Source of the DNA: Macrostomum lignano
Taxonomy: Eukaryota
DNA length: 64,000 nucleotides
Assembly: GCA_002269645.1 (NCBI GenBank)
Contig: NIVC01001484.1
Span: 1-64,000, forward strand
Reading direction: 5' to 3'
A model generated the notes under the pieces. The model did not search any database, was not told the origin of the DNA, and saw only the letters and a list, made by a program, of their open reading frames with translations. The stretch's first letter is position 1. Every line of letters starts with the position of its first letter. Of this stretch, positions 40,130 through 51,477 are shown piece after piece. A program made the translations under genes and the position numbers.

Positions 40130-41074
40130 ATCGTCTGCATTTTAGCGATTTCTTAGACCTTAGGCAATAACAATTGATGGGATAACTGACAGTCGAAGCT
40201 AATTATTACTAATTAATAAAAAATAGTTGCTTTTAATCAAAAAAATGTTCGATTAGTCCAGGCACAAGCTACAAATAAAAGAAAATTAATTTAATATATT
40301 TTTATCTCCCTCAAGCATACTCTGAAGCTTGCGAATAATTTAATTATTTACAGCTCGTAGCATCAGCTCAAGAAATTAAAGTTTAGTCTATGGCCATAGA
40401 CGTATTATTATTTTTCGAGCTCTCACTGCGACAAAAATACACTAATTAGATAGGGAAAATACAGTTTTTTGAATATTTAAGACCTTTAGAAGTGAAGCAG
40501 ATAAAAGAAATTTTGAACCATACAATCCTTGGTTGAGTTGCAACTTTTTGGTGAAAACGCGATCGAAATTGGTCAAGAATTGCAATGTGTAGAGCGTTTT
40601 ACACGGACATAGATTAGAGATTTAGTATATAAGAAGAAAGAAGAAGATGTATCAACTAAGCAAGACAACATCGCTCAGTCACCAGACTCAGTTGCCGTCG
40701 TCGATACACAACTCCGTAACAGCCATGCCATATAGCCCTTACGTCTGAAAAACAACAGCCTTGCCACTAAAGTGCGCGGTAGCTAATTGCAATAACTGCG
40801 TTTCTGGTGCATCTGCATTAATCTTAAGCATCGGCTTTGTACACCATTCTAGCCACAACTTGTGCCATAGACTAAAAAGCTTGGTGACCGGAAGGGGTGG
40901 GTGGATTCTAAAAATCGGCTTCAGATTTTCATCCTTATTGGCACTCTATACTAGGCGACCTCAATACTCTTTGGGTTGAACCATGGAGGAAAGAATTCTC
41001 CTCCTCCATGGGTTGAACTTCATGGTCTATGATTAAGATAGAATGAATTAAGAATGAGATTCATGAACGCTAAC

Positions 41075-41583
41075 TCTGAAGTTTGAGATGGACATTTGAG
41101 ATTTCCGGGAGTTTGAGATGGATATTTGAGATTTCCGGAGTTTGAGATGGACATTTGAGATTTCCGGAGTTTGAGATGGACATTTGAGATTTCCGGAGTT
41201 TGGGATGGACATTTGAGATTTCCGGAGCTTGAGATGGACATTTGAGACATCCGGAGTTTGAGATGGACATTTGAGACATCCGGAGTTTGAGATGGACATT
41301 TGAGATTTCCGGAGCTTGAGATGGACATTTGAGACATCCGGAGTTTGAGATGGACATTTGAGATTTCCGGAGCTTGAGATGGACATTTGAGATTTCCGGA
41401 GTTTGAGGTGGACATTTGAGACATCCGGAGTTTGAGATGGACATTTGAGATTTCCGGAGTTTGAGATGGACATTTGAGATTTCCGGAGTTTGAGATGGAC
41501 ATTTGAGATTTCCGGAGTTTGAGATGGACATTTGAGACATCCGGAGTTTGAGATGGACATTTGAGACATCCGGAGTTTGAGAT
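41075..41583. repeat. 29-bp minisatellite (GGAGTTTGAGATGGACATTTGAGATTTCC)n
   Basis: About 17 direct units; gives the 29-aa periodic ORFs in all three minus frames. Confidence 0.96.
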
Positions 41584-44500
41584 GAGTTTTTCTATAGAGT
41601 GACTGAAGCTAAAATGAAGGTATGAAATTCTCAGAAGCTTTTAAAACAAACATCGAAGATTATATGAAGCGAGCTTTGATAGCTTTTGGCTTGAGAAATT
41701 GATGTCATATTATTTTCATTTACATAAGTATTCAACTGTGCCGTGACTGATCCAGCACGAGTGCACAGACACACGGGCCAGGAGGGGTTCAGTGAGTTCT
41801 TGAATTAAAGGTAAAAGTAATTTTTGTAAGTACTAATTTGCTTACGAGTCAGAAGTATTTTTGCAGGCTTGTTAGTTTGCGGAATTGACGGACCCATACT
41901 TGAGTAATAATTAAACCTGTAATTGTGGCATTAGCATTGTTCTTCTTGCTGAGTGTTGCATAGCCAGATTGATATTCGCAGGAGGGTGAGCGACATGGGG
42001 CTCACATTTTTATGGAGCGACATTTTTAAAGCCTTAAAGCTTTTCCAATAAGACCAATTTAACATTAAAAATCGATTAATGAGTCGTTAGAGCAGCATGT
42101 GAGGCACAAAATAGTGTGATTAGAACTTTCTCTGACACTGTTAACAGACCCAATCACTGTTTTAGTGTTGAAAATCGTGAAATTTCCTATCTCCGTAGTG
42201 TATTTTTTCTGGTGAAACCTGCCTTTAAAACTAATTCTGAACGAAAAGCTTTATGAATATCGATAGAGCAATAAGAAAGGCACAACATATCAAAAGATGA
42301 ACACTGGATCTGCCTCCTATCAAAAGCAATAACAATTTTTGTGCTGAAAAAAATTCAAACCTCCTATCTCTGTAGTGTATTTTTCGGCGAAAAGTTGCCT
42401 TCAAGACATTTACCATCGACTTCGAGTGTAGCGTCCTCGATATATGTTACTTGAGAAGTCCTTGAAGCTGTCATGTACTTTTTAGTGGACTGGCTAATGT
42501 ACATTATTGCTGAACCAATTAGCAAGTTGTGTACGCCTGCAAACTTGGGCTTCAAAACTTGTCAAAGTCATTTCAGCTGCCTTCAGCCGTACATATCTTA
42601 TAAAATAGCTTATGTATTCTTCTTTGCTACTGAACTGAAAGTAGAAAGCTGTTTTCCAAGCACACGCTCGTATATGCCTAAGTGGCATATCTAGTTAATT
42701 TATTAGCTCGTATCTGCGGCTGTGGCCAAAGCACTCGAATCCATCAATGACTAGGAGTCGAGTGACAAGCTAAAATTGAAATTTCAAACAGCTCGATAAC
42801 GCATTTGATGGCGGTGTGAATGAGCCTTTGGGGAATTGCTTGCGCCTCGTTATCGTTATCTCGTACTTGTCACTTGTGAAAAATCTGTGCAATGACCCGC
42901 CAATGATATCGCTACTGACTACTCACTTTTCACAGATCCCACACGAAGCTTTTGTCCCTAGTGGAACTGAAGTTTCAGATGTGATGGAATCAAAAATATT
43001 CGAAGTACAGTGCGAGTCATATTTCTAGCAAGTATTCTTTCCCCACTGGCGTACAGAATTGAATGAACTCATCTTTTTCAGTAGCACAGTGCACCCATTT
43101 TTCTTGTATGTAAGTCAAGCTGCCGCGTCCGTCCCAGTAGTTTTGATTGGCTGCCAGTCCCAGTCTGCCGTGCTGCGCTCTCGGTGATTGGCTGGCACTT
43201 CTTATCTTGGTCCCATGAGCTGTCTCAGCCGCCTTCCTCCCTCACCCTCGACCCCAGTTTGCTGTCTATTTATTCAGAGCCCGTGAGATCCCTTGTAGAG
43301 AACTGTAAATTATATCAGAACGCACTACTTAAAGTAATATTCTAATAAAATTAATTTAAACTCGCAATCTATTTTTAGAATGAGTCATGATGAGTCATAT
43401 CTATTTTTAGAAATTCTATTTTTAGAATGAGTCATGTGCAAACAAAAGTGACTCAGAGCCCTACGTAGGACCGACGTTTATTTGATCAAGAAACCGGTTC
43501 TCGGGAATTTTATTTGCTTAATTCCATATATGGTAATGATCAAACATTCATGACCTCCTAATCAAACATACGTGACCTAAGTAAATAACCGATTTTAAAC
43601 CAGTTTTTCACCCAAATTTTACTATAAATATAAGCGAAAATCCGAGTCAAAATTCAGACTCGGAGCGGTCTCAAGAAAGACTTTGGAATACGTTAACCAA
43701 AGACGACTTATCTCTGAGAGAAGAAATCCGGATAGATTGGTAAGCGTTTACCCGATTTAGTTAATTGTTACTAGTGCTAATAAGTTGATTTTACAAGAGC
43801 CACTTATTGTCGACACATTTGAGAAAGGCCTCCTTGTTTCCTAGGATACATTCCTAGAGGATTTATTGATTTGGCCGCCCGGTGACTTGTACTGTAGCGT
43901 TGTGTGCCCATTGAATTGCGCGCCCCTGCCGCTGAGTACCGTGTGTAAAACGAAATACCAGAAGAAATACAAATACGGGAAGAATTCCGCTGCCCTGTCG
44001 GCGCCGTTTGGGGTTCGAACTACCAAAAATCGCGGCTGGTAAGCCTTCGAATCTGCAGCTAGTTCTTTGGGTCTGCCTTTGTACTAGGCACCTTAGAGGT
44101 ACATAGGAATCTACTCTAGATTCTCCGAGTAATCTATCTAATCTAGTATAGCTAGAGCAGATTTGTACATTTCTACACTTTTTTAGACAATGAGCTGTAC
44201 TTGTAGGCTATTGCTAGACTGAGTCTTGCGTGAAGGACAATACGGCATCGTGAGCTTCTACACAAGCTATTTGTTCTGTAAAACCAATTGTCTGCTTTAT
44301 AGCATTTCGGATGCTAATTTTGCTTTCAAAAAATAGATGCCGTCTTTAACGTCTATATATTTTGCTGCCTTGCATAGTTAACCTTAATTTACCTGCTTTA
44401 AAACGCCTGCTCGAACACGTTGTAAAGCTGTATCGTTTGTGTGGTGACTTGGCTGGGCAAATTGTTGTTACTTTTGTTAGCTTGTTTTTTATTCAGAATT

Positions 44501-44728
44501 TTGGGGTAGTGTTTTACTCGTACCCGTTTCATTGCGTGCGCCTTTCTACAATATTTCACTGTACATTCTTACTCATGTACGCTGTGCATTCTGGCCGCTC
44601 TTGCTCTCCACCCTAAAGCCTCATCCATCCACCCAATGTAGCGTAGTCAATATTTAAAATATAAATCTCAGTCGCTTGCCTAGTATCAAGCGTATATCGT
44701 TCTAAAATCTAAATTGAAGTCTTTACAG

Positions 44729-46157
44729 TTTGCTTTTTTTATTTGTGATGCTTCGCGAAAGCACAGTCGACATTCTAGTGGTACTGTTTATGAAGATGTG
44801 CAGCAAGGTCGTGGACAATCAGCTTGGCATACTGTCCCTAGAGAATTTTTTGTCTGTAAACGGTACGTGCCGGCTGAGCGATCAGTGCTTTGACTCCCGT
44901 GGCACAGCAATCTTTTGGATTTATTCCACCAGGTATCTTCTTCCAGTGCTTGGCGGGCTGCTAGCTAATGCCTGCATGGGATACTTGGTTGTAATTCACA
45001 TCTGCGGTCACCTGATGCTTGTGTCCTCTATCCTTCTTGTGGCTGCAATATTTTTGAATTTCATCTGCAGTTCAAGCGCTTTAGTTACGGCAGCCTGGTC
45101 GCCTATTCCACTTCTGTACGGCCTGATGCAGCCATGCATTGTGTACTGCATCTACCGCTGGTACCCTCAGCCCAGGATTTGGACAATACTCAGCGGTGCC
45201 TACTTTTTGTCCGTGAAGCTTGGCCAGTTCATCGGCATTGTGCTGCCGATGTCTGAGGAGCTAGTCGGGAACTATTACACCCTGGTTGGCATTGTAGCCA
45301 GCATAGCGTTCATGGCTATGTCGGGCTACATCAATACTGACGACCTGGCTCGGCGCGCCCGTTTTACATTTCCAACGACAGGTCGTTTGATTCGATACTT
45401 CAAGATATTTTCTCCAATGATTCCGTTTGTAATTTCGGTTGCTGGAAGTCAAAGTTTGGTGTACACTATTGAGATGCGTCACTACATCGAATCAATTGAT
45501 TCGACTAACACCAGTAATGGCCAATCTAACGAGTGTTTAGTTTCACCTGAGTTAATGAAAGTCAGTTGTCAGATCGTGTGGAGTCTGCTGCTAATGCTGG
45601 TTGCCTACCGCTCGTCCAAGCATCTATCCATTGAGCTCCGGCTTCAGGGAGGAATCATTGTCAAAGCCCTGGTGGAAATCGTCTTAATATTAGTATCGCG
45701 GTCCCCACCTCAGCGTGCCCTGTCTGTGCAGGCCGTGTTCTGGGCCGCCTCCGCAGTGGACGGTGCGGCCGAGTTGCTGACCGTGATCGCCGCCTTGGAG
45801 ATACTGAACGGCGTTGCGCCAAACCACTGCAAGCTGTTCGTGATGGGGATCGGCTTCACCGTATGGGGCCTCGCTACTCTGGCCGGTCAGTCTCTAGTAG
45901 CAGTTCTTAGCGCCGTGCCGGCGGACAACCCGGTTCTGCAACCGGCGCAGGGCCGGGCGCCCCTGTTCTATGTCTACCATTTGATTATTGTTGCATTCCT
46001 AATCGTTGGCTCGGCGTACTATCGATTCGTGGCTTATCCAATGGCTGTAATGCTGTTCCTGTCAGGCGACATCTCTGACCAGGAAGACTGCATCGACGAG
46101 GAGCAATGGGATCGGGAGATTAACGAAGAAACACCGCTGATCCAATTTACAGCATGA
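44729..46157 (+). CDS. Divergent POT/PTR2 (SLC15-like) MFS peptide transporter, one long exon; 5' end uncertain
   Basis: Hydrophobic 475-codon ORF. RYLLPVLGGLLANACMG resembles the PTR2 signature (GG..AD..G); AELLTVIAALEILNGVAPNHCKLFVMGI resembles the conserved E....GLE..Y..AP..MKS motif. Acceptor TTTACAG at 44728; first ATG at 44748. Confidence 0.72.
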
Positions 46158-46334
46158 CAATGTTTAAAGACTTTTATGATTTGTGAAGTACCATGAAATA
46201 ACTTGTATCGAACCGTAGGCCACAGCGCGAAAACTTATATAGGCGTTGACAGCTATAAACGTAGGTAAAAGCAGCGATCATTCGCGAATATGCTGGCTAA
46301 TTTTAAATACATGTTGATTCCCAAGTGGCTGTCA

Positions 46335-46917
46335 GGTTCGCTGACCAGATCTTCGTACTTCAAGAGCAGCACATTCGGCTCATTCCGGAGCTGCCACCAG
46401 TCCGCAGAGACGTAAGTACGCAAAGTTTGCAATTAAATGAATACGGTATCAAAATTTGCATCTGTACAGGTTAAAGCCTCACGAAACTAACCTTAAAGTA
46501 GTCGCCGCACATTGTCTTGCCGCTCAGGAATATGTCAACAAATTCGTCCCAGGTTCCCGACCAGGGCCCGTACATCTCGAGGCCTTTGTAGAAGTGGTAG
46601 AGCGAATTGCAGCAGTCCTTGGGGGTTGCGCAGCACAGCAATTACTCGAGACCGTAGTTGAACTCCAGGAACGGGAACCGTTGGTCAATGGGAGCGTACT
46701 TGCCCCCTTGCTTGATGGTGTCTCGGTGAACAAGCTGCCACACAATTTCCTGAGTAAGCGTTGTGCCGCACCTGGGAAAAGTGCACACGCAAACATCGCT
46801 CGGTCGGAATCTAAAGTCCAGAGATCGGCGCAGCACCTCAGGTGTGGTGTAGTTGTTCCACACGAGGCCTTTCATTTCGAATTCGTTGAGCGTTTTTCTG
46901 TGAGTGGTGGCCGCCAT
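46335..46917 (-). pseudogene. Disrupted cytosolic sulfotransferase (SULT family)
   Basis: FRPSDVCVCTFPRCGTTLTQEIVWQ (5'-PSB loop), RFPFLE, then VIAVLRNPKDCCNSLYHF (3'-PB motif) and WWQLRNEPNVLLLKYEDL. In-frame TAA at 46642-46644, missing central segment, missing acceptor AG at 46412, no C-terminus. Confidence 0.85.
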
Positions 46918-48333
46918 TTTTCATATTCTACCGTGTGCGCTCGTTTTTCTGACTGTTGGACAAATTTTATAGGTAAATTTTGCGTGGGCGAATAGAAGTT
47001 CATTTTGGACCCACTTAATCCTTTCTGGCAATAAATGATTGCATTCATGCTGTGAGCCCGGCTTCAGCGGCTTAGTTGAAAATAAAAATTTTCGATTTCA
47101 AACCTATGAAAGCATGGATCTGGGTCTTTTTGGATTTTCAAAAATCATAATTTGATTGGTGTATGTAGACACTGTCAAACGGAAAGCATATTATAACGAG
47201 AAAATTAGTATATAACAGCAAATGCTATAAATAAATGTATGCAGACCCAGAGAAGATCTTAAATATTGACCGTGTGGTTACACATATTACAGTATGTTAC
47301 ACTCTGTGATGTGAGCCTGTGCAGTCTCAAGGACTACTTAACAACTTAGGACGCTCAGTTGTTAAATAGTCCTTGTGCGGTCTCTTTGATTTCGGACTAA
47401 AAAAACCAGAGTGCTACTACTGACTACTGAGTAGTGACTTGGTACAGTGAATATGAAGAAATGGCTTTTCGTCCTTCGTCCTTAGCGGAAGAAAACCGAA
47501 AGTTCGGCTCTTAACCTAGACTGTGCTCAGCTCTCGTTCAGTGAGCATATCGTAGCCCAACTTACCAAAAGCATTCTAAATGAGGAATCGCCCAATGGTC
47601 ATTTTATGAGTACAGTTGTACAATTATAGAATTGCTACAGCCCCCCGATTTTGGTGATCCCTTCAAAAAAAGTTTGATATATGGCTAACGCTGACGAATT
47701 TATATCTCTCATGGCATCCACGAGTGGGGTGCCTTCACAATCTAGAAATTTTACAGTTGTGAAACTGGGAGTTTTTAACCCCCCCCCCCCCCACTTCACG
47801 GGTCTTAATTTGCCATGCTAAGCGGGGTTTGTCATAGCGGTCAGGAACGCATGGCATGTAAGTGGACATGCATAAAACACTAGATTTTATAGATCACTGC
47901 TTATAAAAATACCTGGGGCCTATTTCATTAATAATACAAGTGACAAGCTGACGAATGACAAGTGACAAGTGACAAATGACAAGTGACAAGTCTTAATTTG
48001 TACCAAAGATTTAGGTATTATAAACATGGGGCCTTTCTCGTGATAAAAATAACTAATTTTTGCCTATGGTTAAAGCACCATATGAAATCGATCCAGCCTT
48101 TAGACCAAAAGAACAAAATTTTAGGACTGTGTTTTACTTGCTTTAGAGACGGCCTCTATGCTTTTCTTGGGCTTTAATACACTTTAATACACGAGGCGCT
48201 ACGCACCTCGGCGTTATAGATCGTTTCTGCCCTCTGCAGCCCATCCATATTAGTGTTATAGTTTGCGGGCGAAAACCGCGTTTCACGGTCCACAGAGACC
48301 GTCTATGGTAAAATCCTGTTTACTCCAATGCAT

Positions 48334-48855
48334 TCAGCCTGGTGATGTTGGTGTCATTTGTTTTGTCATTTTACACTTAGTTAAGATCAACAATCTCAAT
48401 AAAAAATTACCAAATCGATAAGCCAGGCTCCTGTGATAGTCGATGATGATGCAGACTTTTGCTTTCATCAAAATTGGCACATCTTCCAAATAGCGCCTGT
48501 AGTGCGACTTCGGTATGTACATGAAGAAGTTCGACGAGATGGCGCTCTCGGCTACCTGGGTGAAATTTAATCGCAAGGCTGTTTTACAAGGAAGCAAGGA
48601 TATTTTTAAGCATAGCCAACTATGAGGCACTCACATCCATGCAGAACAGGTAGGCTGTCTCAATGAACAGAGCCCGACTCCTGCTGCCCCTAATCAGAGC
48701 GTTGTGCTCCTGGAACAGGCGCTTCACGAATGTGAAAACCTCAATCTTGTCGGTCTGCGTCTGAAACAGCATGTTCACCTCCACGCTGCAGCGGTGGCAC
48801 GTGGTTGGCGCATCGCTTGGTAGATGATTTCTTAAGGGAGTACATTCTGCCTGCC

Positions 48856-48896
<41 letters not shown>

Positions 48897-48927
48897 GACT
48901 GTCTGTCTTAGTGTCTGTCCGTCCTAG

Positions 48928-48976
<49 letters not shown>

Positions 48977-49035
48977 TAGTGTCTATCTTAGTGTCTGTCT
49001 GTCTTAGTGTCTGTCTTAGTGTCTGTCTGTCTTAG

Positions 49036-49066
<31 letters not shown>

Positions 49067-49095
49067 ATGTCTGTCTGTCTGTCTGTCTGTCTGTA

Positions 49096-49134
<39 letters not shown>

Positions 49135-49339
49135 AACTCCAGCGTTAATTCGCATCAAGACAAAACTCACTCGTGTGTAATCAGAAAGAATCCCCTGGGC
49201 AGGAAGCACGGCAGTCGAAGCCGAACGTTGGGTGCGAACCATTCCGGATTTGATGCAACGATAGCGGCGTTTCATGATCTCCTTGGCTGTCCTTCTTGCT
49301 GTCCTTGGCACAGTCTCGGCATTCGTCCGAGAGCTCCAT
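48334..49339 (-). pseudogene. Truncated duplicate of exons 1-3 of the 226-aa gene
   Basis: Exons 49339-49171, 48785-48635 and 48555-48411. Exons 2 and 3 read identical to 14295-14145 and 14065-13921 (offset 34490). Exon 1 has +8 nt of indels. After the intron-3 acceptor the sequence reads G|GC TGA (stop at 48336-48334). Confidence 0.8.
48848..49133. repeat. (GTCT)n microsatellite in intron 1 of the duplicate
   Basis: Same motif and position as 14370-14904 but shorter. Confidence 0.97.
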
Positions 49340-49668
49340 GCTTCCAGTTTTTTTAAAATTAGGTCTATTAATCCTAATAATCTCAGTGTAAAATATAAGT
49401 CGAATAAAATATGCGATTGTCCTCCATTTGTTCTTTTTAATTCATTAAAAGCTTTGAGCGTATGCAAAGCCATAGACAGCCAAATTTACTCCTAAATAGC
49501 GACACAATTTAATTTGGAAAAAATTGACATCATATGTAAATGAACGCGCGTAAAACAACGACTTCATTTAGCGCAACGACTTCTATAGTTTAGGATTATT
49601 TTGAGCTAAAAAGTAGATAAAATTAAATGCTGACATTATATTACATTAACATGTAAAGAACATCCATC

Positions 49669-49877
49669 ATGTTATGGAATATCACTCCATCCAAGGCCGA
49701 GGCTGACGCAGAGCTGAAAGCAGAGGCGCGGCAGCATCAGCAGCATCATCATCAGCAGCAGCTGTACCCACGTCCCACAACATCACCAGTTCCAGCATAT
49801 TCGTTTCGCAAGACAGAAGGCATTTTTGCTTTGAATGTTTCGACGCCAGCGCCCACATTTGAATATGACAAAGACAG
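49669..49877 (+). CDS. Candidate coding exon with Q/H-rich tract, possibly an upstream exon of the FER gene
   Basis: ATG at 49669, MLWNITPSKAEADAELKAEARQHQQHHHQQQLYPRP..., ends at an AG|GTAAAT donor in phase 2; GC-rich island in AT-rich DNA. Confidence 0.4.
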
Positions 49878-50623
49878 GTAAATTATTTATTAGAATAAAA
49901 TCTAGACTGTTTTTACATTTGATCGACCCAAAGTTGTGGGCCCCGCGAGGCACGGGACAAAAATTTTCAAGATTATAGAGTAAAAAGTAAAACAAAAAAG
50001 CTTCAAAATTATTGTAAAACTTAACTATCTAAAATATCTAATTCAAAACAACTACATAAAAAAGTTAATAACTAAAATACATCTATAAATATAATTCTTT
50101 TTACCTTAAGACCTTTATTAATAGAAATTTATAGGAAACTCTAAGATTCAATTCTTCTAATTCTTCCTTAATGCTGATCATTAAGGAATTATTACTGTAG
50201 CTTCCAGCAGAAGCATTTTTAAATCAGAATGCTTTTCTCTCTTAGATCAGAATACAGTGTCGACCAGGCTATCTCAACCAATTTATTAAATATAAAAAAT
50301 TCATTTTATATGCAATAAAATTAAATTATGAGTTTTTCCTGTCTTGAGCTTCTTATTTGATTTATAATGTAAGAGTTTCAGCCAAAATAAATATAAAGAT
50401 AAGTTAAACACTGTTTTTCAATACATTTAATTTTTTATTGCTGATTGCTTATATATATATGCTTGAATAATGAAGATATCAATTGTTTATAGTCAATATA
50501 TTAAGTTACTAATATTACTAAGCTGCAGTACTCTATTGTAAAAGCTAATTCATAATTAAGAATTTTTAATTATTAATGATAGTTCTTTATATTTTAATGA
50601 AAATAATATTATTTGGAAATATA

Positions 50624-51477
50624 CAAGGGGCATCCAGAAAGTAGTGTTACTTTTGCTTGGTGTGGACATATGAACAGTCACACTTGCATGTGCTTGGTGT
50701 CATTTGAAAGCGGCATGTCTCTTCTTTAAAATGACACCAATTGCAAGAGATTTGAATCTGTGCTTTAAGAGATATGGACGATTAAGTAGAGAAAGGTCAG
50801 TCATAGACTTACAGAACCTCAAAAATGTCAACAGAAAACTTTTATCACAAGCGTAATTACTCCAGAAAAAACAAAAAACACAATAGTATAGTACAGAAGC
50901 AGGTGAAATAGATAACAAGCAAATTATCACACAAGCGAACAACATTAAAATCATTCATCGGTTGGCAGACTTGTCATCTTGCTGACAGCATGGTCACCAT
51001 GAGCTGTGCAAAGTTGTCTGTGGATGTCAGCCGATTTGGTTCCGGAGCTCCAAAGTGTAAAGATGGCATGTCGCTGCCCAGTCTTTGAATGCACATCCAT
51101 TTGCAGTTCACAATTGAAAATTGAATGTCAATAAACTTTGCAGGCGCAGCAGAAGCAGTTTTATAAGTCTCGTAGTTTTATGAGACAGCCCCTCTCATTC
51201 ACTGCATCACATTTGGCCATAGGCAGCCCATGATTACGAAAAAATCGATAAACTCGTAAAAGTTTTCTGTTGACATTTTTGAGGTTCTGTAAGTCTATGA
51301 CTGACCTTTCTCTACTTAATCGTCCATATCTCTTGAAGCACAGATCCAAATCTCTTGCGATTGGTGTCATTTTAAAGAAGAGACTTGCCGCTTTCAAATG
51401 ACACCAAGCACATGCAAGTGTGACTGTCCATACGTCCACACCAAGCAAAAGTAACACTACTTACCGGATGCCCCTTG
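50624..51477. mobile_element. 854-bp MITE with about 221-bp TIRs and TA TSD (Tc1/mariner-like)
   Basis: TA|CAAGGGGCATCC...GGATGCCCCTTG|TA; arms 50624-50844 and 51257-51477 are near-perfect reverse complements; no transposase inside. Confidence 0.88.

Larger units (their letters stand above)
15541..40647 (-). mobile_element. 25-kb head-to-tail tandem array of nine Helitron elements
   Basis: Outer ends on the minus strand are A|TC (40648/40647) and CTAG|T (15541/15540). Internal CTAG|TC junctions have CTAG starting at plus positions 19599, 21732, 25406, 27335, 30445, 32300, 34355 and 37557; each is preceded by a G(C/T)CCCCC-AAC-GGGGGGC hairpin 8 nt upstream of CTAG. Confidence 0.9.
19599..40647 (-). 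repeat. Eight non-autonomous Helitron units with a central 30-bp minisatellite (GTAAGCCTTGACATCTCAGCAATTCCCCCA)n
   Basis: Units: 19599-21731, 21732-25405, 25406-27334, 27335-30444, 30445-32299, 32300-34354, 34355-37556, 37557-40647. They share a roughly 280-bp 5' module and a 3' module; 10-aa periodic ORFs GGIAEMSRLT. Confidence 0.92.

Noticed and set aside
43140-43210. Promoter call from two GATTGGCTG (CCAAT) motifs
   Set aside because: No transcript start can be located from sequence alone; the nearest gene start is over 1.5 kb away.
47915-48033. Possible 119-bp Harbinger-like MITE around (TGACAAG)n
   Set aside because: Terminal match is poor and the flanks give no TSD.
48186-48220. Helitron-like 3' hairpin CGAGGCGCTACGCACCTCG
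   Set aside because: Short stem, no CTRR end and no matching 5' end found.
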